This document shows positions 29,864 through 39,942 of a stretch of DNA of 64,000 nt, piece after piece. The notes below the pieces were generated by a model. It saw nothing but the letters and a program-made list of their open reading frames with translations. It had not been told where the DNA came from and made no database searches. Both the position numbers and the translations under genes were made by a program. The stretch's first letter is position 1. Each line of letters begins with the position of its first letter. The DNA is taken from assembly GCA_963737155.1 (NCBI GenBank), contig CAVTRN010000002.1, positions 2,848,001 through 2,912,000 of the forward strand. The letters run 5' to 3'. This DNA is from Nitrospirota bacterium. GTDB lineage: Bacteria; Nitrospirota; UBA9217.

Positions 29864-31778
29864 ATGCAGCTCGACGGGAAAATACCATCCGGTCAACTTC
29901 ATGAAAAGTGGGACAATCGTCGCGCGGAGATGAGGTTGGTCAACCCCGCCAACAAACGGAAGTATCGTGTCATAGTCATCGGCACCGGATTGGCTGGCGC
30001 TTCAGCCGCCGCCTCGCTTGGCGAGCTGGGATACAACATTGATGTCTTCTGTTTCCAGGACTCACCGCGCCGCGCACACAGCATCGCAGCTCAGGGCGGC
30101 ATCAATGCGGCAAAGAACTATCCCAACGACGGCGACAGCATCGAGCGACTGTTCTACGACACGATCAAAGGGGGCGATTTCCGGTCCCGCGAGGCGAATG
30201 TGTACCGCCTGGCGCAGCTGAGCGCAAACATCATCGATCAGTGCGTGGCCCAAGGTGTGCCTTTTGCTCGGGATTACGCAGGATACCTTGCCACGCGCTC
30301 CTTCGGCGGCGCCCAGGTATCGCGCACCTTTTACGCGCGCGGTCAGACTGGACAGCAGCTACTTCTCGGATACCTATGGTGCTCTCTCCCGCCAGGTGAC
30401 GGCGGGTACAGTTATGCTTCACCCGCGCACGGAGATGCTCGATCTTGTCATTGTGAAAGGCGAAGCAAAGGGAATCACGGTGCGCGACCTGGTGACCGGC
30501 AACATTGAGTCGTTTGCAGCGGATGCAATTTGTCTTTGTTCGGGCGGTTATTCAAACGTCTATTACCTCACGACGAATTCCGTCATGTCCAGCGTCAATG
30601 CAACATACCGGGCCTATAAAAAGGGAGCGTTCTTTGCCAACCCCTGCTATACTCAGATCCACCCCACCTGTATCCCCGTCACAGGAGAACACCAGGCCAA
30701 GCTCACGTTAATGTCCGAATCGCTCCGGAACGACGGCAGAGTCTGGGTACCGAAAAAAAAAGGCGACAAGCGGGCGCCAAACGACATCCCAGAATCTGAT
30801 CGGGATTACTATCTTGAACGGAAATACCCGTCCTTCGGAAATCTCGCAGCCCGCGATGTCACCTCTCGCGCAACAAAAGAGGTTTGTGACGAAGGATTGG
30901 GAATCGGTTCGGGTAGCCGCGGCGTGTACCTTGACTTTGCAGACGCTATAAAACGCCTCGGCGAAGAAACGATCCGTGAACGGTACGGCAACCTCTTTGA
31001 AATGTATGAGCGGATCACTGCTGAGAACGCGTATCAGTTGCCGATGCGAATCTACCCCGCACCGCACTATGCAATGGGCGGGCTCTGGGTGGATTACAAC
31101 CTCGAAAGCAACATCCGGGGGCTATTCGTGCTCGGTGAGGCCAACTTCTCGGACCACGGCGCAAACCGGCTCGGCGCGAGCGCCCTGATGCAGGGGTTGG
31201 TGGATGGCTACTTCATTCTTCCTTACACGATCGGAAACTATCTAGCCCAAACAAATCCGGGAGTGCTCAGTACGGAAAGTCCGGAATTTCGACAGTCACG
31301 GCAGGAGGTCGAGGCGTTCACAAAAAGACTGCTCTCGGTCAAAGGAGGGAAAACCGCTCGCGAATTCCACCGGGACCTCGGTAAACTCATGTGGGACAAC
31401 GTGGGTATGACGCGGAGTGAATCGAGCCTGAAATACGCGCTCAGACGCATACCCGAGATCCGCGCTGAGTTTTGGCAAAACGTAGCCGTCACTGGCAGTG
31501 GAACGGAATTGAACCAGGAACTCGAAAAAGCGGGCCGTGTCGCCGATTTCCTCGAATTTGCGGAACTCCTGACCAGGGACGCACTACAGCGGGACGAATC
31601 ATGCGGCGCCCATTTCCGCATCGAGCACCAGACACCGGACGGTGATGCCGTCCGCGACGACAGGAATTTTAGTTACGTCTCGGCGTGGGAGTACAAGGGC
31701 CCGGATAAGGAACCGGAACTCCATAAGGAGCCGCTCGTATTCGAACATACACACCCGGCTGTGAGAAGCTATAAATGA
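29864..31778 (+). pseudogene. sdhA: Succinate dehydrogenase/fumarate reductase flavoprotein, split by a +1 frameshift near 30371
   Basis: IGTGLAG and SIAAQGGIN in frame 1 up to GQQLLLG. GGA T ACC TAT GGT GCT continues as TYGALSRQ in the next frame, with [25 protein letters not shown]. May be a sequencing error. Confidence 0.88.
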
Positions 31779-31872
31779 AAAAGTCCATACTGAAACTCAG
31801 TGACCGGAAAATTTCACGGATTCTTTATTTGATCGTTAAACTCTGAACATTGAGATTATCGGAGTCTAATCC

Positions 31873-32628
31873 ATGAATCTCATACTCTATGTCTGGCGTC
31901 AGAAGGGGCCTCACGAAAAAGGAAAACTCAAGCGCTACGAGGCGCGCGACATCGGCAGCGACATCTCTTTCCTCGAAATGCTTGACGTCGTAAACGAAGG
32001 TCTGGTAAAAAAGGGCGAAGACCCGATCGCCTTTGACAGCGACTGCCGCGAGGGCATTTGCGGCACCTGCGGCCAGGTCGTGAATGGTATTCCTCATGGG
32101 CCGCGAAAAAAAACGACGGTCTGCCAACTCCATATGCGCCACTTCAAGGACGGCGACACGATCTATATCGAACCTTTTCGCGCCCGCGCCTTTCCAGTTA
32201 TCAGGGACCTGATCATCGATCGCGGTGCCTTTGAAAAGATCATCCAGTCAGGCGGCTACATCTCGGTCCATACCGGCGGGATGCTCGATGGGAATGCGAT
32301 CCTGATTCCCAAACAGGATGCTGACAAGGCAATGGACGCTGCCGAGTGCATCGGCTGCGGGGCCTGCGTTGCCGCCTGCCCCAATGGTTCTGCCATGCTT
32401 TTTACTGGGGCAAAAGTATCACACCTTGCCGCTTTGCCCCAGGGTCAGGTTGAGGCTGCCCACCGAGTCTGCGTCATGACCTCAGAAATGCTGAATCAGA
32501 AGTTTGGCAACTGCAGCAATCACTATGAATGCGAGTCCGTCTGCCCCAAAGGAATCAAGGTCAGGTTCATCTCTATACTGAACCGCGAGTTCATCAAGGC
32601 GCATATACCCGGAATGCGGCGTCGATAA
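31873..32628 (+). CDS. sdhB: Succinate dehydrogenase/fumarate reductase iron-sulfur subunit
   Basis: [33 protein letters not shown]. Confidence 0.95.
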   Translation: MNLILYVWRQKGPHEKGKLKRYEARDIGSDISFLEMLDVVNEGLVKKGEDPIAFDSDCREGICGTCGQVVNGIPHGPRKKTTVCQLHMRHFKDGDTIYIEPFRARAFPVIRDLIIDRGAFEKIIQSGGYISVHTGGMLDGNAILIPKQDADKAMDAAECIGCGACVAACPNGSAMLFTGAKVSHLAALPQGQVEAAHRVCVMTSEMLNQKFGNCSNHYECESVCPKGIKVRFISILNREFIKAHIPGMRRR

Positions 32629-32643
32629 GCATATGCGAATGTA

Positions 32644-32715
32644 GATACCCCGCAGCAAGCTGCGGGGTATCTTGAAAAAGGAAGACGATTATCTTTTGAG
32701 AAACCTGCGGTTTCC
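32644..32715 (+). repeat. Hairpin-bounded miniature element, copy 3 (5' half only)
   Basis: GATACCCCGCAGC-AA-GCTGCGGGGTATC then GACGATTATCTTTTGAGAAACCTGC, the latter identical to copy 2. Confidence 0.85.
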
Positions 32716-32954
32716 TTTAAGCTAAAACCCTATATCCGTCGTCCATTATGAATCATTTATCGTGCTTACAGGGGGATTCACGACAATCTTGTAGTTGAAT
32801 TCGAGGCTGTATCCTTATTGCAACCTTCGCAGTAATGTCTTTAGCACCCAAGCGAAGTACACGACCACGCTCACACCATTCCGCATTTTCGCTTATACGG
32901 GCAGCCTGAGAAAAGGCTCCTACATGTAGAGATTTAAAAATCATCAACAGTTGC

Positions 32955-33068
32955 TCAATCAGAAGACTTGTTGATCCGAGCGACATCGCTGCTTTGGCGG
33001 TTTTTCTGGCTTCAGACGGTGGCAAATCCATTTCCGCTCAGATGTTGTCAATAGACAACGATATATAG
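32955..33068 (+). pseudogene. C-terminal remnant of an SDR oxidoreductase
   Basis: SIRRLVDPSDIAALAVFLASDGGKSISAQMLSIDND, a typical SDR C-terminus; no upstream part. Confidence 0.75.
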
Positions 33069-33103
33069 GAAGCCCAGTGTTTCAAACGATCAAAAAGGAG
33101 TAA

Positions 33104-33669
33104 ATGATATAGGTCGCAATCTTAGTGGGTAGCCTTAGAAGAGAATCATTCAGTCGGAAGACGGCAAAGACATTGGTAGCACTTGCGCCAGAACCGTTGA
33201 AGCTGGAAATCATCGAAATCGGTGACCTGCCGATCTACAACCGAGATGGCGATGACGATGGGAAGCCACCCATTGCTTGGACGACATTCAGAAAGCAAAT
33301 TAAAGAGTATGACGGCGTCTTATTTGTAACACCCGAGAAAATCGTTCAGTTCCTGCGGTTCTAAAAAACGCAATCGATGTGGGTTCTAGGCCACACGGGC
33401 AAAGTGTGTGGAGCGGAAGACCCGGGGCGATAGTGAGTGTATCGCCCGGTTCGATCGGTGGTTTTGGGGCGAATCACCATCTACGACAGTCTCTTGTATT
33501 CCTGAACATGCCCGCGATGCAACAACCGGAGGCATATATAGGAGGTGCAGCCGAGCTATTCGATGCCAGCGGTACGATTTCAAGTAAGAGTACCCGTGAG
33601 TTCCTGCGCAAGTTTACAGAGTCTTTCGCGGCATGGCTCAGAACCAACACCGGCAAACAGGCTCATTGA
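33104..33669 (+). pseudogene. NADPH-dependent FMN reductase (ChrR-like), disrupted
   Basis: AAGGAG RBS then ATG ATA TAG stop; VGSLRRES follows; frameshift at TPE-[Y]-NRSVPAVLKNAIDVGSRP; GGFGANHHLRQ. Confidence 0.88.
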
Positions 33670-34275
33670 CTGGCTTCAGTCTGAGGCGCGGGGTATCTAG
33701 GGGCAACGTCTGTTTGATAAAACCCATGTATGTTCCTTGCCCACTTCGGCGGTTGTCGCCCGTTCATGGAGGCTTCGGAACCATCCTACTCCTGACGGTT
33801 CGCTAATTTCTGAATAATCGTTGACTTACCAATGGTTTTACCATAAAATCAAAACATATAGCACTTGGCGGTTGTTAGGCCTTTTCGCTCTCAAATGTAC
33901 TGGGGGCAATTCGGAATCTCTTTTTGTCAAACTTAATTTTTATCATCCGTCAATACTGCCATTTTTTTACATTTTTGATTATTAAAATATTTTTCATTAT
34001 TTTGTCCCTTAAAATAAATTTAGTTTAAAAATGCTAAATTAATAACATGATACTAATAGATTACTACTCCGCCGCGTCTCTACATTTTTGGAAAAATAGA
34101 AATAATTATTCGATACCTTGTGTATTCGAGAACGTCATCGACTGGGGTTCGCGGCCTCCTGGCGACAACTGCTTCGTGAACTGCCAATGACTGATTTACT
34201 CACTGAATTCAATATGTTCTCTGCATTCTATGCATAATAGTTTGACAATACGTTAAACCCATGAAGGAGGGAACC

Positions 34276-35433
34276 ATGAAAAGATATGTTGCATTGATCA
34301 TGACGTTGCTGCTTGTCATCCCTGCTGTCGCTCTGGCGGGAACGGTGAAACTCGGTTTTATCAACTCGATCACTGGTAAGGAAGCGCCGATTGGTGAGAA
34401 CCTGACAAACGGCGTCACCCTAGCCATCGAGGATCTGAAGAAAAAGGGAATTGACGTTGATCTCGTTACAGAGGACGATACCGGCAAACCCGATAAGTCG
34501 TTGGCGGCGTTCGAGAAGCTTGCAACCAGAGATGAGGTCGCGGGGATTGTTGGCCCCTACACATCGGCAACGGCAAATGCCGACGCCAAGGTTGCTGAGC
34601 GCTACAAGGTCCCATTGATCGTGCCTGCGGCCTCAAAAGAGGAAATCACGCGGCAGGGCTTTAAATGGACCTTTCGCGTTTCCGGCACTACCGGCGACTA
34701 CGCGGGAGTCCTGCTCGATCTCGCTACCACGCTAGGCAAGCCCAAAACCATCGCCATCCTGAATGAGAACACTGACTTCGGCGTCTCGGGAGCTAAGAGC
34801 GCAAAGGCCATCGCGCAACAAAAAGGCATTAAAGTGGTATTTGAGGAAGCCTATTCAGCAGGCTCTCCTGACTACCGCTCCACGCTCGCCCAGGTAAAGG
34901 CTGCCAACCCAGACCTCGTGTTCATGGTATCCTATGCTGCTGACGCCATACTTTTAATGCGCCAGTCGCGCGAGATTGGCTTAACGCCCATGGCCTTTCT
35001 TGGTGCCGGCGCCGGATTCTCGGTTGCCCAGTTCGCCAAAGAGAAGGATATCAGCCAGGGTGTATTCTCGTCTACGCAATGGACCGAGGACGCGCCGTGG
35101 GCCGGATCTAAGGAATGGTACAATCGCTACGTAACAAAGTTCGGCAAACCGCCCACCTATCATGCGGCTTGCGCCTATGAATCTATGATGATCATGGGCC
35201 AGGCGGCGGCTGCCGCGGGCGGTGACCGAGAGAAGACGCGAGAGGCACTGCACACCGGAAAATGGAACGGCATTCTCGGTGAGGTCCGCTTCCAGGACTA
35301 CGATGGCTACCAGAACCAGCGCAAGGCTGTGATGCTCGTGGAGCAGGTACAAAACGGACATCACGAGACTGTATGGCCGCTTAGAGATGCGGCCAAGAAA
35401 CCCATTTGGCCCTTCCCGGGCTGGTCGAAATAA
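34276..35433 (+). CDS. livK: Branched-chain amino acid-type ABC transporter substrate-binding protein
   Basis: Signal peptide, EDDTGKP, IVGPYTS, PBP1 fold; RBS AAGGAGG. Confidence 0.88.
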   Translation: MKRYVALIMTLLLVIPAVALAGTVKLGFINSITGKEAPIGENLTNGVTLAIEDLKKKGIDVDLVTEDDTGKPDKSLAAFEKLATRDEVAGIVGPYTSATANADAKVAERYKVPLIVPAASKEEITRQGFKWTFRVSGTTGDYAGVLLDLATTLGKPKTIAILNENTDFGVSGAKSAKAIAQQKGIKVVFEEAYSAGSPDYRSTLAQVKAANPDLVFMVSYAADAILLMRQSREIGLTPMAFLGAGAGFSVAQFAKEKDISQGVFSSTQWTEDAPWAGSKEWYNRYVTKFGKPPTYHAACAYESMMIMGQAAAAAGGDREKTREALHTGKWNGILGEVRFQDYDGYQNQRKAVMLVEQVQNGHHETVWPLRDAAKKPIWPFPGWSK

Positions 35434-35439
35434 TTCAGG

Positions 35440-35474
35440 GAGAGGAGCGGTCTCAACCCGCTCCTCTCGTTTTT
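35440..35474 (+). terminator. Intra-operon stem-loop after the binding-protein gene
   Basis: GAGAGGAGCGG-loop-CCGCTCCTCTC then GTTTTT. Confidence 0.7.
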
Positions 35475-35502
35475 ATTTCAGTTTGTCCGCATCGGCTTTT
35501 TT

Positions 35503-36369
35503 ATGAATGTTTTTTTTCAAGCCCTTATCAGTGGCATCCTGATTGGTGGGGTGTATGCGCTGATCGGTATCGGGCTGACGATCATTTTCGGCGTCATGCG
35601 GGTGATCAACTTCGCCCACGGCGACCTGCTCATGCTCGGCATGTACTTAACCTACTTTCTTTTTACACTTCTGCATATTGATCCCTTTGTCTCCATCATA
35701 ATAATCTTCCCGCTGATGTTTCTATTCGGCGGTTTTCTGCAGAAAATTATCATCAACCGCGCCCTCAACGCGCTCCCCCAGAATCAGATCCTGTTGACCA
35801 TCGGGATGGGGCTGGTCATGAGCAACTCAATCATGCTTGCCTTCACCTCCGATTACAAAATATTATCCACGACCTATTCATCGAGCAGCGTCACGCTCCT
35901 GGGGATTTCGATCTCCGAACCGTTGGCCGTATCGTTTGTGATCACCTTAGGCATTACCACGGCGCTGTACTGGTTTCTGTACCGGACCGACATAGGCCAG
36001 GCCATCAGGGCTACGGCCCAGGACCGCGAAGCGGCACAGTTAATGGGAATAAACGTAAAGCGCATGTCGATCATAGCATTCGGGGTCGGATCGGCCTTGG
36101 CCGCCACCGCGGGCGCGCTCATATCGCCGACCTACTACATCTACCCGCAGGTGGGAAGTGTTTTCACCTTAAAAGCCTTTGTCATTACCGTGCTCGGCGG
36201 TATGGGCAGCATTTTCGGCGCCACACTCGGCGGTGTGCTCATCGGCATGACAGAGTCCATCGGCGGCGTTTACTTCGGTTCAGGCTGGAAGGACGTCATT
36301 GTGTTTATCCTGTTCCTGCTCGTGCTTCTGTTTAAGCCCTCCGGTCTGCTGGGCACATCGAAGGATTAA
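35503..36369 (+). CDS. livH: LIV ABC transporter permease
   Basis: GLTIIFGVMRVINFAHG, RATAQDREAAQLMGIN, VLGGMGS. Confidence 0.92.
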   Translation: MNVFFQALISGILIGGVYALIGIGLTIIFGVMRVINFAHGDLLMLGMYLTYFLFTLLHIDPFVSIIIIFPLMFLFGGFLQKIIINRALNALPQNQILLTIGMGLVMSNSIMLAFTSDYKILSTTYSSSSVTLLGISISEPLAVSFVITLGITTALYWFLYRTDIGQAIRATAQDREAAQLMGINVKRMSIIAFGVGSALAATAGALISPTYYIYPQVGSVFTLKAFVITVLGGMGSIFGATLGGVLIGMTESIGGVYFGSGWKDVIVFILFLLVLLFKPSGLLGTSKD

Positions 36370-36549
36370 CGGAAACGCATGAATCGAAATCTTCGCAAAA
36401 CGAGAAAAGCATTCACCGCATAGTTACTAAGGATGCAAAGGAAATCTTTAACTCTCGACATGTAACCGACGACCCTTACGCACTCCTACGCAACCTTGGC
36501 GCCTCTGAGGATTTAGGTTTTTGGTTCCGCCTTTTCCGGTTAGGAAAAT

Positions 36550-37623
36550 ATGAGACAATTAGTGAATAATATGCGAGGAATCAGCACTATTCCGCTGCTT
36601 CTGGCGGCTGCCACGGTCGTCCTGCTTTTCCTCGTCCCCAAATTCGTGACGAGCACCTATGTGCTCCATATCATGATCTTGATCTTCATTAGCGTCATCA
36701 CGGGATCAGCCTGGAACATTTTGGGAGGCTACGCGGGCCAGTACTCAGTGGGCCACGCAGCCTATTTCGGCGTCGGCGCCTACACCACGATGATCCTGCT
36801 ACAGTATCATCACATTGCACCATGGTACGGGATCTGGGCCGGCGTTGCAGTCGCCTTGGGGGTGGGCCTCGTCATCGGTTCCATTTGCTTTCGTCTGCGC
36901 GGACCGTACTTCGTCTTGGCGTCCATAGCCGTGGCCGAGATTTTTCGCGTTTCAGCCCTGAACTTGACAGACCTGACAAACGGCGCCGAAGGCATCCTGC
37001 TCACCGACATCCCGCCACTCAAGATCGGCAACACAGTTATCACCGATTTCCTGTCCAAAGTGCCCTTTTATTACTCTGGGCTCGTAATCTCTCTCGCCGT
37101 CATCGCCGTCACATGGATGGTGCAGAACTCGAAACTGGGTTACTACTTCCAGGCCATCAGGGAAGACCAGGATGCCGCCCACTCGCTGGGCATTAATCTG
37201 ACGCTGTACAAGAATGCAGCTCTTTCCCTTTCGGCGATATTCACGTCCCTGGCAGGCAGCTTGTACGGACTGTATATCGGCTATATCGACCCCGGAACGG
37301 TCCTTGCGCTCGACATATCGGTCCAAATCGTGATTATCTGCATCATCGGAGGCATCAGCACCATCTTGGGACCGATGATCGGCGCCGTCGTCCTCATTCC
37401 CTTCTCCGAAGCCCTGCGCAGCAACATGATCGCCCAGGCCCTGATTGATTCCGGGCTGGTCAAAGAAAACTCCGTTTTCGGAGCTTTCCTCAAGGACCAG
37501 TTGTCCCATGCCCATGTGCTAATCTACGGTATCCTCCTGGTTGTTGTTATCTTGTTCATGCCTGACGGGATGCTGGGTTTTATCAGTAAGCTCACGGCAA
37601 AAAAACGGAGGATGGCGGCCTGA
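36550..37623 (+). CDS. livM: LIV ABC transporter permease
   Basis: [40 protein letters not shown]. Confidence 0.92.
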   Translation: MRQLVNNMRGISTIPLLLAAATVVLLFLVPKFVTSTYVLHIMILIFISVITGSAWNILGGYAGQYSVGHAAYFGVGAYTTMILLQYHHIAPWYGIWAGVAVALGVGLVIGSICFRLRGPYFVLASIAVAEIFRVSALNLTDLTNGAEGILLTDIPPLKIGNTVITDFLSKVPFYYSGLVISLAVIAVTWMVQNSKLGYYFQAIREDQDAAHSLGINLTLYKNAALSLSAIFTSLAGSLYGLYIGYIDPGTVLALDISVQIVIICIIGGISTILGPMIGAVVLIPFSEALRSNMIAQALIDSGLVKENSVFGAFLKDQLSHAHVLIYGILLVVVILFMPDGMLGFISKLTAKKRRMAA

Positions 37624-38342
37624 TGGTGATACTCGAGATTAAGCGTGTAAGCAAGTTTTTCGGCGGTCTGGCCGCCAATTCTGATGTCACCTTCGATGTG
37701 AACGAGGGAATGATCATGGGTCTGATCGGCCCGAACGGCGCTGGGAAAACAACCCTGTTCAACTGTATCACCGGTTATTATCCGCCTTCACGCGGCGAGG
37801 TTATTTTTATAGGCAAGCGCATGAACGGTCTGCATCCCGATGCCGTGTGCAAACTTGGGATGGCCCGCACCTGGCAAAAGGTCCGGCCGCTGGCCAAAAT
37901 GAGCGTGGTAGACAATGTCATGGTTGGAGCCTTGTCCCGGACCAACTCGCTCAAAAAGGCGAGAGAGATGGCATTAGAGCAGCTCAGGGTTGTACATCTA
38001 GAGAACCGCGGAGACTTCCGCGCCGGCAGCCTCCCGATAGGCGAGCGCAAAAAGCTGGAGGTGGCCCGCGTCCTGGCCACGCAGCCCCGGCTTTTGCTAC
38101 TCGACGAGGTAATGGGCGGGCTCAACCCAGCCGAGAGTGAAGAGATTATTGGGCTCATACTCGACATCAGAAAACGCGGTATCACCCAGATGGTAGTCGA
38201 GCATAACATGAAAACGATTATGCGCATATCCGACAGGATTGTGGTCCTGAACTCTGGCGAAAAGCTGGCTGAGGGCGCCCCCCAGGAAATTGTCTCGAAT
38301 AAAGCGGTCATTCAAGCTTATCTCGGAGAGAGTTATGCTTAA
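37623..38342 (+). CDS. livG: LIV ABC transporter ATP-binding protein
   Basis: [23 protein letters not shown]. Confidence 0.93.
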   Translation: MVILEIKRVSKFFGGLAANSDVTFDVNEGMIMGLIGPNGAGKTTLFNCITGYYPPSRGEVIFIGKRMNGLHPDAVCKLGMARTWQKVRPLAKMSVVDNVMVGALSRTNSLKKAREMALEQLRVVHLENRGDFRAGSLPIGERKKLEVARVLATQPRLLLLDEVMGGLNPAESEEIIGLILDIRKRGITQMVVEHNMKTIMRISDRIVVLNSGEKLAEGAPQEIVSNKAVIQAYLGESYA

Positions 38343-39039
38343 GATCGAGAACCTGCATTTTAGTTACGGAGACCTTAAGGTGCTCTGGGACGTGAACATC
38401 GATGTGCAGGAGGGAGAAATTGTCACAGTTGTGGGTGCGAACGGGGCCGGCAAGTCGACACTCCTCAAAAACATCTCGAGGCTTGTGAAGCCCGGGTCCG
38501 GGCGCATCACATTCAATGGCACTGACTTGGGAAAATTCTCCGCCGATGAGGTGGTAGCACTCGGCATCGTCCAGGTACCTGAGGGGAGGAGAATTTTCCC
38601 TCAAATGACCGTCACCGAAAACCTCAGGATGGGATCCTTCATCGAGAGGGCGCGGAAGAAGCGGGATGTGAACATGGAGCGGATATATTTCCTTTTCCCG
38701 CGTCTGAAGGAGCGGGAAAAGCAGTTGGGCGGCACCATGTCGGGGGGTGAACAGCAGATGCTCGCCATCGCCCGGGGCCTCATGGCGGATCCGAAACTGC
38801 TGCTGCTTGACGAACCGTCGCTCGGTCTTTCTCCTCTTCTGGTAAAAAACATCTTTGATATCATTAACGAGATCCAGAAACAAGGAGTAACAATCCTGCT
38901 CGTCGAGCAGACTGTTTATCAGAGCCTGCGGCTCGCGGACCGTGGCTATGTGATGGAAACAGGCAGGATTGTGATGAAGGACAAGGGTGAGGCCCTGCTG
39001 AACAACGAGCACGTTAGAAAAGCATACTTAGGAATGTAA
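38335..39039 (+). CDS. livF: LIV ABC transporter ATP-binding protein
   Basis: GANGAGKS, VPEGRRIF, MSGGEQQM, LDEPSLGL. Confidence 0.93.
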   Translation: MLKIENLHFSYGDLKVLWDVNIDVQEGEIVTVVGANGAGKSTLLKNISRLVKPGSGRITFNGTDLGKFSADEVVALGIVQVPEGRRIFPQMTVTENLRMGSFIERARKKRDVNMERIYFLFPRLKEREKQLGGTMSGGEQQMLAIARGLMADPKLLLLDEPSLGLSPLLVKNIFDIINEIQKQGVTILLVEQTVYQSLRLADRGYVMETGRIVMKDKGEALLNNEHVRKAYLGM

Positions 39040-39132
39040 AAGCGTCTCGATAGCGCGAGGACACGTGCGCGGGGAAGGCGGAAATTGGCTGCCTTTTTCA
39101 CTTACCGCTCAACGTCAAACAGGGAGGTTTCT

Positions 39133-39777
39133 ATGTACGTTTCAGACTGGATGACAAAAAAAGTTTTCTCAATCGAACCCGACGATTATCTCTCTGATGC
39201 CATGTACCTCATGCGCGAAAGATGCGTCAAGCACGTCCCGGTTGTGAAGGGGGGTAAATTGAAAGGCATCATTTCCGACCGGGACATCAAGGAATACAGC
39301 CCCTCTAAGGCGACCTCGCTCGATATTTATGAACTGCATTATCTTCTGGCTAAGACAAAAATTAAAGAAATTGCAAAAACGAAACTCATCACCACGACAC
39401 CCCATACGCCAGTGGAAGAGGCAGCCATGATCATGCTTGATAATAACATTGGTTGTCTACCCGTGCTGGACGATGGCATGCTCGTCGGTATCATTTCCGA
39501 CAAGGATATTTTCCGCGCCCTCGTAGACATCACCGGCGTCAGGCACGCCGGCAACCGAATCTGCGTCACTGTCGAAGACCGGCCAGGTTCCATCAAGGAT
39601 GTTGCCGACATCGTCCGGAAACACAACTTCCGCCTCCAGGGAATTCTTACGTCCTATGAAGGGGTAAAGGATGGCTACCGGAGGGTGGTTATCAGAACCA
39701 CAGGCAAGGGAGATTTCATACGCCTGAAGGCTGAAATCGATGATGCCTTTCGGAACTGCGAAATCAAAAAAGGGTAA
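39133..39777 (+). CDS. CBS-pair plus ACT domain protein (AcuB family)
   Basis: Two CBS domains (GIISDRD, GCLPV..GIISDKD) and EDRPGSI ACT domain; RBS GGGAGG. Confidence 0.88.
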   Translation: MYVSDWMTKKVFSIEPDDYLSDAMYLMRERCVKHVPVVKGGKLKGIISDRDIKEYSPSKATSLDIYELHYLLAKTKIKEIAKTKLITTTPHTPVEEAAMIMLDNNIGCLPVLDDGMLVGIISDKDIFRALVDITGVRHAGNRICVTVEDRPGSIKDVADIVRKHNFRLQGILTSYEGVKDGYRRVVIRTTGKGDFIRLKAEIDDAFRNCEIKKG

Positions 39778-39942
39778 TATCACGCCCTTCTCTTCTTCCG
39801 AGTCCCGCCAGACGTCCTTCGCTCCGCATCACTTGCAGCTTCATGTAGTCAAGCGCCAGTCTGCTTCCCTTTCGTGTCGGCAAGATGCAGGCATCGCCCT
39901 CTTCCCCAAGGTCTTTTTTTTTCAGCAGTGACTTACGCACCT

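Noticed and set aside
36375-36545. livH-livM spacer resembling a degenerate REP-like insertion
   Set aside because: No second copy or clean inverted repeat within the window.
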